40,582 bases of DNA from a virus (taxonomy: Duplodnaviria > Caudoviricetes): IMG/VR virus record IMGVR_UViG_3300017747_004204, positions 1-40,582 of that record, one strand, 5' to 3'. Position 1 is the first letter of the stretch. Each line of letters opens with the position of its first letter. A program made the position numbers and the translations under genes. Positions 32,639 to 40,582 of the stretch are shown here, one piece after another. Below the pieces are notes generated by a model. It was given only the letters and a program-made list of their open reading frames with translations. It did not search any database and was not told the DNA's origin.

Positions 32639-33718
32639 TCAGCGCCAGCTTGGGGTGACGTTTACGTCTGCCGTGGTGGTAAATCCAATGTAGAGCCCCG
32701 TGGAGAATGCCACGTCGAGGGTAACCGTATACCCACGGAAAGCGGTCGTGGTAAACGTCTCCGAGTAGATAATAGTTCCAGATTCTGCTGTGTTGTCGTA
32801 TACGATAATCGAACCAGCCGTAGGTGCGGCATCATTACAAGAGAAGGTGAGAGTGTGTAGGAATCCTGCGCCTGTCTTCACGAGCTGGTCAGCAGCATAG
32901 CGGATGCCCGTATAAGCCTGCTCAACCATCATTCGGTCTGTCGTCAGGTTTTCACCTGCAATCTTCGTTCCGAGGTTTGAGTTGACGTTGCCGTTCACGT
33001 CAGCCTGAACCGGGCCGCCCTGACCCTCCGTACGAACAGTTGGAGTGGCGTTGTAAACAGCCCACGGAAGGGCGTTTAGCCAACCAGTGAGGGTTGCAGT
33101 AACGGTCGTGACACCAGCACGGAGGCGATCCCACGTTGTACCGTTGAAGCCAAACGGAAAGGATCGAATGCTTGTCGTCGTTGGGTTAGCAGTTGCATCA
33201 GCGGCAGCAGCGGCGGCTGGGAACTCGTCAATAGAGATTGATCCGAGCACCTCACTGTTGATGTTATAGGCTGCATTGGTCAGTGTGGTTTGCGTCGATG
33301 CCTTTTTGCCATAAAGGATACCCTTGCTGTAGTCAACGACGTACTGGCCGTTCGTGAGATTGGCAGTAAGAGCGGCGAGGCGCGTCGCCCACGGCACGTT
33401 GTCCATCTGCTCCATCACTGTGAGATCGATCGCGACCTCTGTTGTGAAAGCGGTCGATGTGAAAGTCAGGGACGTATCCTGAATCGTCGCCTGGATTCTT
33501 CCTTGGCTATTTTTAACGTTATTTTTTGCGAGCACAGCTTCGACAGCAACGCCAGCTGCTTGTCCAGCGTCGATCGTACGGACACCCGCCGCGTTGTAGT
33601 AAAACTGCACCGTTTCACCCGTGACAGCGGTGATAGACGATGAGTCATTTTTTTCCTCGATCGGCAAACCGCGATAGTTAGCGCCCTGCCACTGGTCTTT
33701 GAGAAGGTTCCCGCCCAT
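32639..33718 (-). CDS. Virion structural protein
   Basis: Thr/Ala-rich; C-terminal LVKTGAG.LH...VYDNT...DVAFSTGLYI module; late-operon position. Confidence 0.65.
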   Translation of the reverse strand: MGGNLLKDQWQGANYRGLPIEEKNDSSSITAVTGETVQFYYNAAGVRTIDAGQAAGVAVEAVLAKNNVKNSQGRIQATIQDTSLTFTSTAFTTEVAIDLTVMEQMDNVPWATRLAALTANLTNGQYVVDYSKGILYGKKASTQTTLTNAAYNINSEVLGSISIDEFPAAAAAADATANPTTTSIRSFPFGFNGTTWDRLRAGVTTVTATLTGWLNALPWAVYNATPTVRTEGQGGPVQADVNGNVNSNLGTKIAGENLTTDRMMVEQAYTGIRYAADQLVKTGAGFLHTLTFSCNDAAPTAGSIIVYDNTAESGTIIYSETFTTTAFRGYTVTLDVAFSTGLYIGFTTTADVNVTPSWR

Positions 33719-33809
33719 AGAATTTATTTAGACGCCGCTTAAGTGCGGCCCCCGTCTATTCATCTTGGCCCTATCACTCTCCCCATAAGGGAGAGAGGAG
33801 AGCCAGGAT

Positions 33810-34763
33810 TTACTGGTTCGTCATGATGCCGCCCGCGGCGCCTGCAGCAGCAGCCACCGCACCGTTCCAAACGATTCCGCGGTTGTTGGAATCCCAATCC
33901 ACTGCGCCACCATCAGAGACGGCAAGCGAGCCTTGGAGAAGAATCTTGCCCTGCGAAATAGCCGGGATCGAGAACACGGAGGTCTGCGTGACCGACTTGT
34001 TGGTCGATTCAGCAAGGAACAAGCAGTTCTTGAAGATCTGCCAGCGGTCAATGCCGGTGGCGTCAGCAACAGTCACGTGGGCGTAACCAGCCGCAGAGAT
34101 GAAGCCCTGGAACAAGCAGTCTTCGAACCAGTTGCGCGTTGCCGCTGAGTCGAAGAGCACGCCTGTCGCGTCTGCATCGTACGTCGAGGTATCGAGACCA
34201 ATGACGCAGTTCTTGAAGACGTTCTCAGCACCAGCATCAATCTTGAGCGAGCACGCGCCCGCGGCAGATTGCGTCGCATCGCCAACTCCTGCGAAGTGGA
34301 CGTTCTCAAAGCGGTTGCGAGTACCCGTCAGGTTGAAGTCAACCAAGGCAGTCGCGTCAGCAACGCCGTGGAAGAACTGGATACCAGAGACGAGGCAGCC
34401 GTCTGCCGACCACGTAATGAGCGGGGAGAGCACCGAGGCAGTCGCGTTAGCAACACGAGCGCGCTGCGAAACCATCGAGCCAGAGCAGACGCCTTCAAGG
34501 TGAAGGAGGTCTTTTGACCATGTGAGGGTCGCGGTCTGGTAGTCGGTCGTGTCGGCAGCAGTGTTGGACTCAGAGTAAAGACGGACGATGTCATTACGGT
34601 TGGCAAAAGCCAACTGGTGAGCCCTCACGAGGGTCCGGAGCGCCGTGTCGGGCGTCAAACCGTCGTTGCCGTCGGAACCCGTATCCGGCTTGACGTGCCA
34701 GACGACACCCTGTGAAGGGGTCGCCATGCCGCCAAGGGACGGGATGTAGAAGGGATTAAGCAT
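33810..34763 (-). CDS. Pectin-lyase-like beta-helix virion protein
   Basis: GSDGNDGLTPDTALRT cap motif; repeated N.F.NC.F strands. Confidence 0.7.
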   Translation of the reverse strand: MLNPFYIPSLGGMATPSQGVVWHVKPDTGSDGNDGLTPDTALRTLVRAHQLAFANRNDIVRLYSESNTAADTTDYQTATLTWSKDLLHLEGVCSGSMVSQRARVANATASVLSPLITWSADGCLVSGIQFFHGVADATALVDFNLTGTRNRFENVHFAGVGDATQSAAGACSLKIDAGAENVFKNCVIGLDTSTYDADATGVLFDSAATRNWFEDCLFQGFISAAGYAHVTVADATGIDRWQIFKNCLFLAESTNKSVTQTSVFSIPAISQGKILLQGSLAVSDGGAVDWDSNNRGIVWNGAVAAAAGAAGGIMTNQ

Positions 34764-34789
34764 ATGTTTCGTTAGCCGTTACCCCCTCC

Positions 34790-35740
34790 TTAAGTCGGTG
34801 TACCATCACCGAGAGAGCCGACAGCACCGATGTAGTCCACGACGCCGTAGACTTCGCGGTAGTCGCCCTTATAGAGGTAGTTGTTGTTGTCGCGGTATTC
34901 CCACGGCACAAGCACCGTCTGGATTTCCTGGCGGAAATAGCGGGTCACGGCGTGGTTGTCAGCGAGCAAGAACCACGCAGTGTCAGAGCCACCAGCAGCC
35001 GCACCGAGATGCGGGGACTTGTAGACCTTGAGGCCGTAGGTCGAGCTGTAGACGTTGATCGCGTTCGTTGCGTTCTCAGAGGTCAGAGTGCTCTGAGTCT
35101 CTTCCATTGCCTTCTTGGCGAGCTTCATCGGGACGAGCAGGCACTTCGGAGAGTCTCCGAAGATGACGCCGCTCTGCGACTTCATTTCGCCCATGAGGAC
35201 GATGCCGGAGTCGATCGAGGAGCTGGAAAGAGGCGGGTTGTTGGCAATCTGGTTGGACTGGGTGCCACCGTCGATCAAGGGGTGAGCCGTGTCGATGAAC
35301 GACACGCCATCAGCCGTGAGCGTCGTGGTGAACGCGTTGCGGTACAAACCGAAGCCGATGCGGTTGCGGGTTTCGCGACCTTCGCGAGCGAACGCGCGCA
35401 CCATCTTCTGCCAAGTGCCGTGCATGTTGTCGTTCCAGAACTCCTTGGAGAGTTCGATACCCTGAGCCAGGGTGTCAGCCGTGTAGGTGACCTTGTTTGT
35501 CACGCGGGGCGAGACGAGGTTCACTTGCTGCTCTTCACCCTTGGCGCTCCAGTAGCCGCCGCCGCCCGAGAGAACAGCTTCGATATGGGCCGCGTTGGTC
35601 ATTTCGGTCTGCTTGAAGACCTCGGGCGTCATCACCGTCGCGACCATCGGGTCAGTGTCTTGCAGGTTGAATTCCTGCGTGAACACTTCGTCAATTTCGG
35701 TCTTTACGACGAGTGAGTTTAAAGCGTTGTTTACGGACAT
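34790..35740 (-). CDS. Major capsid protein (Mu gpT-like)
   Basis: ADGVSFIDTAHP, PKCLLVP, SPHL...SDTAWFLL; follows scaffold and decoration genes. Confidence 0.85.
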   Translation of the reverse strand: MSVNNALNSLVVKTEIDEVFTQEFNLQDTDPMVATVMTPEVFKQTEMTNAAHIEAVLSGGGGYWSAKGEEQQVNLVSPRVTNKVTYTADTLAQGIELSKEFWNDNMHGTWQKMVRAFAREGRETRNRIGFGLYRNAFTTTLTADGVSFIDTAHPLIDGGTQSNQIANNPPLSSSSIDSGIVLMGEMKSQSGVIFGDSPKCLLVPMKLAKKAMEETQSTLTSENATNAINVYSSTYGLKVYKSPHLGAAAGGSDTAWFLLADNHAVTRYFRQEIQTVLVPWEYRDNNNYLYKGDYREVYGVVDYIGAVGSLGDGTPT

Positions 35741-35759
35741 AAAATATGAATGTCAGGCT

Positions 35760-36236
35760 TTAGGTGTTGAGCGAAGATGCCTGGTTGAGGATACGGAAGG
35801 TCACAGTGCCCTGAGAGGCGTTGCCACCAGTGATGCGAAGACCATTGGTGCTAGCGGCAGAGCCGGTCGCGACCGTATACACGCCAGCGGCGAGGTTGAA
35901 CGCAACGATGTCGTTCAGGAGACCGAGAATTTCGGCTTCCGTATCGACAGCAGCAGCGGACTCGGCCTTAGCGCTCCATTCAACCGAAGGGTCGGCAAGC
36001 CACACATCAACGTAACCATCGGCAGAAGCCGTCTGGGTCGAGTTGGAAGAGGCGATGCCCATGATGTCCGCCGAGGTCGTCGGTTCGGCATCAGCGAGCG
36101 GGACAACATAGTTGGAGCCAGTGCCGCCGATTTTCACCGGTTCGCCGGCAAGAATGGCCGTCGCGCCAGCCTCCGTGCGAAAACGTCCGCAAGGGACATC
36201 GGACGGGTTTACGGGTCGTACGTCGTTTAGAGCCAC
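35760..36236 (-). CDS. Capsid decoration / cement protein
   Basis: AILAGEPVKI...IMGIA small beta protein between scaffold and MCP; GTG start. Confidence 0.65.
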   Translation of the reverse strand: MALNDVRPVNPSDVPCGRFRTEAGATAILAGEPVKIGGTGSNYVVPLADAEPTTSADIMGIASSNSTQTASADGYVDVWLADPSVEWSAKAESAAAVDTEAEILGLLNDIVAFNLAAGVYTVATGSAASTNGLRITGGNASQGTVTFRILNQASSLNT

Positions 36237-36271
36237 AAGTTTGTGGTTAGTACTTAATAATTTCAGTTCTT

Positions 36272-36880
36272 TTAGAGACCATTTTCTGCTTTGATAGCAA
36301 GCGCGGCCTTCTTCATGCGTTCTTCAGGCCACTTGTTCTCCGTCATGTAACGGAGATCATTAGCGGAAAGATAACGCTTCCAATTTTCCTTGACTTCTGG
36401 ACGATCCTGATTCGTCGCCCCGCCAGCGCTGACGGTAGCGGATGAGCTATGAGCAGCAGCCGCAATTTCAGAGGCCATGGTTGCGTTCTTTTCTGAGCGC
36501 ACGATAAGAGCAGCCTTGCGAATATCGTTCTCGATGGATGCCTTGGAAAGTCCTGTTTTGACGATGGCGGTTTGATACTCGGAGCGGATTTTCTCTCGCT
36601 CTTCGGGATCAGTGCTTGCAGCGGCAAGCGCGGCCTCGATGACATCTGGCAGCAGTTCTTCGCGAACCTTAGCCATAATGTCTGCTCTGAGTCCTTCCAC
36701 GTTGATTTCTGGCTTCGGCTCAGGTGCAACGACTTCCGTCTTTGCCTTGGACTTCAGCGTCTCAATCGTGTGCTCCGCCTGACCGATCTGCTTGGTCTTA
36801 GCCTCGACTTCCGCTTTCAGGCGGGCGTTCTCAGCCTTGATCTCCTCTGCCGTCATCTCGGGCTTGTTCAGGTCTTCCAT
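36272..36880 (-). CDS. Capsid scaffolding protein
   Basis: Charged coiled coil upstream of capsid genes; ATG 36880 in TATG context. Confidence 0.7.
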   Translation of the reverse strand: MEDLNKPEMTAEEIKAENARLKAEVEAKTKQIGQAEHTIETLKSKAKTEVVAPEPKPEINVEGLRADIMAKVREELLPDVIEAALAAASTDPEEREKIRSEYQTAIVKTGLSKASIENDIRKAALIVRSEKNATMASEIAAAAHSSSATVSAGGATNQDRPEVKENWKRYLSANDLRYMTENKWPEERMKKAALAIKAENGL

Positions 36881-36947
36881 ATCGTTCTCGTGCTTGAGGC
36901 GCACGCTGCCTGTAAATCGGTCTTAATGGCGACCGCTGCCATTTCAC

Positions 36948-36978
36948 AAAAAAAGAGCCGCGTTTTCTACGCGGTCTT
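36948..36978 (-). terminator. Intrinsic terminator inside the scaffold/capsid leader
   Basis: Minus strand AAGACCGCGT-AGAAA-ACGCGGCTC-TTTTTTT. Confidence 0.75.
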
Positions 36979-37081
36979 GTTTCAGCCTTCCTGTTGTGTG
37001 GCGCTGCGAAGTACCCCACTACAGGAGGGCCAAAATAAGGCCACCTAGGGTTTTCGCAGCTCGCAGCAGATTGTCCCCTCC

Positions 37082-37090
37082 ATCATATCA
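37082..37090 (-). promoter_or_regulatory. Extended -10 promoter upstream of the capsid leader
   Basis: Minus strand TGATATGAT at the stop of the upstream gene. Confidence 0.5.
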
Positions 37091-37486
37091 TTGTTTTGAC
37101 TTCTTAGCGACTGATGCAGAGATCACGTCCATCTCCTTAAAATCCTTTAGAAGCTGCTCTTCTGTCTCAAGTGTCCACAGCATGATCTTCGCCGCGAGTA
37201 AGTCATCCTGATTCTTAGATTCCAGGAAGAGCTTGCGGCAGGCAATCGTGCGCAGATGCTCGCGCATCATCGTCGTGAGTGGCAATGCCGCGATCTGCGC
37301 GGCTTGCTCTCTGTAGATCACGAGCTGATCAGTGGAGAGCATCTTGCCGCCAAGCGAGGCAGCGACAACCTTGCGCTTTGGGTCTTTTGGCCGGTCATAC
37401 CTGAGCATCAGCACCTCCTCCGGCTTCGGGAGCCGGAAGAGGTAGGAGAGTGCCCAGTTAGCGAGCCTTTTTCTTAGACTTTGCAC
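37088..37486 (-). CDS. Hypothetical protein (head module)
   Basis: 132-aa ORF in the late operon. Confidence 0.65.
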   Translation of the reverse strand: MQSLRKRLANWALSYLFRLPKPEEVLMLRYDRPKDPKRKVVAASLGGKMLSTDQLVIYREQAAQIAALPLTTMMREHLRTIACRKLFLESKNQDDLLAAKIMLWTLETEEQLLKDFKEMDVISASVAKKSKQ

Positions 37487-37546
37487 GTTTCTTGAGTTTA
37501 AGGGCGACGACGCCCGTAATAGCTCTAGCGGAAGGAGTGCCCATAG

Positions 37547-38002
37547 TTATTCGAGGAGGAGCTTCTCGATACCGAGATCACCGACCTTCATGTCGTTGAG
37601 CTTCATGCGCCCTGTTTGATTGATGCGGTTTGCATGAGCACCAAGCCAGTTTGCACCTTCTTCAAGGGTCTGGTCTTTGACGGCTTCAATGATCTCTTTA
37701 GACAGTGCTTCAAACTCTCCTTCATTGAGCGTAGCGGGTAGGACGCTCAGCTCTCCAAACTTGCGCGTCTTGGCCTCTTCACGAATCGCCGTCTGCACAT
37801 TTGACAGGATCTCGCTCAGGAGATCGTAGGCGTCGTTAGGGTTGAGATCGACAAGTTTCATGAAAAGCTCCTTGAACTTGCGACGTTTTTCTGTGCGCTC
37901 AGCCAGCTGCTCAGGGGTGAGCTCGGGGACTATGGGTTTAACCTCTTCCGTTTCTGGCTGTGCCGGAACATCCGAAACCTTGTCTTCGATATCTTCGCTC
38001 AT
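37547..38002 (-). CDS. Hypothetical acidic helical protein
   Basis: 151-aa ORF, TATG start. Confidence 0.7.
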   Translation of the reverse strand: MSEDIEDKVSDVPAQPETEEVKPIVPELTPEQLAERTEKRRKFKELFMKLVDLNPNDAYDLLSEILSNVQTAIREEAKTRKFGELSVLPATLNEGEFEALSKEIIEAVKDQTLEEGANWLGAHANRINQTGRMKLNDMKVGDLGIEKLLLE

Positions 38003-38014
38003 ATAAATCTTTTT

Positions 38015-38494
38015 TTAGTTAGATTTAGGACAAACTTTCTTGTGCTTCATACCCTTAGAGTCACATGAGTCGCAGAAGGGCTTGGGAACGTCTGCGGCAG
38101 GTTGTAGCTCTGGTTGAGTCACTGGAGGGGCTGGCTCAACAGCATTTACTGGCTCTGTCGGCATCACTGGAGGGGCGACAGCGGTTGCGGTGGGGAGTAA
38201 GCTCAGAGCTTTGCGCTCTGCCTCTAGTCGATCAGCCTCGAATCTTAGGAGAACGATGGACAGTAGACGATCAAAGAGACCCTCAGTGTTGATGCCAGAG
38301 TCAGGGCCGAGGAAGGCAATCAAGGCACCTACGTCTAGTTTCTGAAGATCCGCGGCGGTTGAACCGTCGCTGATAATCTCCCCGTTCACAATCTCCATCG
38401 GTCCCGACTTTGCGATCCTAAAGATCTGACGCAGCTGCTCACGGACAGGTTTCGGCAGCGCTACGAACTCTCTCAGCGTGATGCACGTTTTCAC
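38015..38494 (-). CDS. Hypothetical protein with Pro-rich linker and C-terminal CxxC..H...C zinc motif
   Basis: FCDSCDSKGMKHKKVCPK; immediately downstream of portal. Confidence 0.7.
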   Translation of the reverse strand: MKTCITLREFVALPKPVREQLRQIFRIAKSGPMEIVNGEIISDGSTAADLQKLDVGALIAFLGPDSGINTEGLFDRLLSIVLLRFEADRLEAERKALSLLPTATAVAPPVMPTEPVNAVEPAPPVTQPELQPAADVPKPFCDSCDSKGMKHKKVCPKSN

Positions 38495-38499
38495 GGTAT

Positions 38500-40515
38500 C
38501 TACTTAATGTTAGTAAGCGTTTTCATGGCACCTGACATGTCAGGAGTTGCTGCGCCTTCGCCCTTAGCAGCGTCGAGGAAGTTGCCGGAGAGTCCGTCAG
38601 GCTGTGCGACACCGGCTTGCGCCTGAGCCATCTGTTGCAGCTCTTCGGGCTTCATCATGTAGCGATCAGTGTCCTCGGAGGTGCGCTCATACGCACCGAG
38701 CGCCAGGTCGCGCGTGATAGCCTCCTGATTGACAAGCTGGTTACCTCTGAGGAGCGCATATTCTTCGAGCATGAGGGCCTTTTGCATGGCTGGGGACTGC
38801 GGGACAACAGCCTCGGCCTTGACCACCACCATGTACTTCATCCTGCGGAAGAGCTCGGGGTTGACCTTGATGATCTTCGTCTTGTCGCCCATCTGTTCTT
38901 CCTTGTCGGCGATCTTGCGGCTAGCTTCGAGGATTGTTTCCTCATCGCCTGTCTGTGGCATCTCATCTGGTGAGACGAATTGGATCATCTTCGACTTGCG
39001 CTTGCCGTCGATAACTTTGTCAGGGAGCAGGAACTTGCGGAACTTGAGCATACCTCCACCGCCGCCTGCAAGCTCGCTGACCTCACCAACAGTCATGTGC
39101 TGGAGGATGTCGGACACCTTGAGTCGTCCCCAGTCACGAACAGCGAGAGAGACCATCTTGCCGAAGAGGCCGAGCAGGACACGGGCGTTCTGTTCAAGAC
39201 GCGATATCTCGTAGGCGGTGGTGTTCTGCTTCGGTGCGTCTCCACCCATGATCGGGGAAGCACCGGACTCATCAATCGACTGCTCAGCTTTTGCCGTCAG
39301 GTTATAGAGGGCGGTCAGGTTGTTATTGCCGACGATCGTCTGGAAACTGGCCTGCGGATTGTCGGTGTTATCGAACGTAGTGACAGCACCAGGAATCATG
39401 ACAGCCGATGACACTGCATCGACACCAAAGGCCACAGCAGGCGGCATGGCTTGCAGATACGTGCCATCCTCCATCATGCGGTAAGCGGTGTTGATGAGTG
39501 CCTCATCGTTGCAGAGCTTGAACGCCAACGACTTGTAGTAGAAGAAGCGCCCCTCGTCGATCAGCTCAAAGCCGAACTTTGCAAGCGGCACGAGACCATC
39601 AAGGCGCGGGTTCGGTTCATCAGGATCACAGCAAAGAACACCGTTGATCTGTGTCAGGCGCAGTCCCTCGCCTGGAATCCAAATGATCAGCTCTTCAACG
39701 AGTCTCTGCTCCTGGTCTTGGTCATGCGTGTAGTAGAAAAGCGCATCGTCCCCCATGATCATCTGGAAGCCGGGACGTACGTATTCGTCAAAATTTTTGT
39801 TGCCACCGTAGCGAGCCTTGGCGTCTGAGAAATCAACAACGCGCCGCCAGATCACGGCGGGCTGCTTCTGGATGTCGTTCTCGTAAATGTTGGTGATCCA
39901 GACCTCATCGCACGGCACGATGTAGTCCTTGAGTCCGCTCAGGTACTCATCGAGGACGCGCTTGACGTCGATAGTACCGTCAGACTTCTTCAAACGCTTC
40001 GTTTTGTAGCGCTTGGTGTTCTCCGTGTAGACGTAGGCGCAGGGATTGACCAGTGCGCCAATGACCGACGCGATGAACGTCTTGTCATAGTCACTGCGCT
40101 CATTGACCCAGGCCATGACGTCCTTCATCACGCCTGCTGCGTCGCGATCCTCCTCGTCTGCATCGTTCTGCGCAAAAACCATCGGCTCGATAATCGAGGC
40201 CGTGATGTGCGCCGCGATCTTGATGATCTGGTTGCGTACGATCGGCCGGAAGGCACGAGAGCGCCACGCCTCAGCAGGGTCCATGGACGGCGGCTCGACA
40301 TACTGGCCAAACGACATCTGATCCAGGTTCATGCGATCCACCAGCGACAGATCGTTGAACTCACGATACGGCTTGTTGCGAATCGTGTATGCCTGCGTAA
40401 ACAGGCTCTTGATCTGCGTCAGGCGCTCCTTCGTCTTGTCATCTGGGGAATACGAAGAAACCTCGTCAGAAATCTTGCCCGCCTTGTCACGCTGAAGGGT
40501 AACGTCTAATAGCAT
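38500..40515 (-). CDS. Portal protein (podovirus type)
   Basis: 671 aa directly downstream of terL across the circular junction; WRSRAFRP, PGAV, TTAYEI motifs, Gln-rich C-terminus. Confidence 0.85.
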   Translation of the reverse strand: MLLDVTLQRDKAGKISDEVSSYSPDDKTKERLTQIKSLFTQAYTIRNKPYREFNDLSLVDRMNLDQMSFGQYVEPPSMDPAEAWRSRAFRPIVRNQIIKIAAHITASIIEPMVFAQNDADEEDRDAAGVMKDVMAWVNERSDYDKTFIASVIGALVNPCAYVYTENTKRYKTKRLKKSDGTIDVKRVLDEYLSGLKDYIVPCDEVWITNIYENDIQKQPAVIWRRVVDFSDAKARYGGNKNFDEYVRPGFQMIMGDDALFYYTHDQDQEQRLVEELIIWIPGEGLRLTQINGVLCCDPDEPNPRLDGLVPLAKFGFELIDEGRFFYYKSLAFKLCNDEALINTAYRMMEDGTYLQAMPPAVAFGVDAVSSAVMIPGAVTTFDNTDNPQASFQTIVGNNNLTALYNLTAKAEQSIDESGASPIMGGDAPKQNTTAYEISRLEQNARVLLGLFGKMVSLAVRDWGRLKVSDILQHMTVGEVSELAGGGGGMLKFRKFLLPDKVIDGKRKSKMIQFVSPDEMPQTGDEETILEASRKIADKEEQMGDKTKIIKVNPELFRRMKYMVVVKAEAVVPQSPAMQKALMLEEYALLRGNQLVNQEAITRDLALGAYERTSEDTDRYMMKPEELQQMAQAQAGVAQPDGLSGNFLDAAKGEGAATPDMSGAMKTLTNIK

Positions 40516-40582
40516 GTGTGCCCGTAACCTGTTCGCAGCAGACAGGGCAAGTTATATCTCTTCAAGTATACCATCTTTCGCT
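40460..40582. repeat. Terminal direct repeat (123 bp), copy 2
   Basis: Identical to 1-123. Confidence 0.97.

Noticed and set aside
40460-40582. 123-bp repeat as a biological terminal repeat
   Set aside because: It cuts through the portal gene start and is best explained as assembler overlap of a circular contig; read termini are needed to define true ends
1-40582. Stop-codon reassignment, integrase/att site, or CRISPR-Cas locus
   Set aside because: Core genes are full length in the standard code and end in TAA, TAG and TGA; no recombinase motifs or repeat-spacer arrays were seen

Overview
The window is one complete ~40.46 kb circular or circularly permuted tailed-phage genome: bases 1-123 are repeated exactly at 40460-40582. 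The architecture is podovirus-like. The minus-strand arm encodes terS/terL, portal, scaffold, Mu-gpT-like major capsid protein, decoration, beta-helix and LamG proteins, adaptor, nozzle, tail fibre, two DNA-ejection proteins (one with a lysozyme-like C-terminus), holin-like proteins and a papain-like peptidase. The plus-strand arm encodes an SF3/D5 helicase, a Prim-Pol, a DenV-like glycosylase, YopX, two DNA methyltransferases, an intact-looking TnpB, an SF2 helicase, a RecU-like resolvase, a RecE-like nuclease and many small accessory ORFs. I recognised no integrase, classical repressor or replicative DNA polymerase. TATG start contexts with few Shine-Dalgarno motifs suggest a Patescibacteria (CPR)-like host; this is inference. 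The most notable signal is a ~960-nt ORF-poor, densely base-paired region (9630-10590). It holds three non-canonical tRNA-Leu-like modules, each clamped in an extended stem, and two of them have the anticodon arm replaced by unrelated structured RNA. It lies directly behind a DUF6948-like gene and a (Gly-Tyr/Asn/Asp)n protein. Other signals are a C5 methyltransferase split over two overlapping reading frames, a 69-aa stand-alone paralog of the phage's own helicase motif B'-C segment, an operon-embedded TnpB with a candidate omegaRNA, DnaA boxes beside promoters, and an attenuator-like leader on the capsid operon. All product calls rest on motif recognition and synteny by eye; no searches or folding programs were run.
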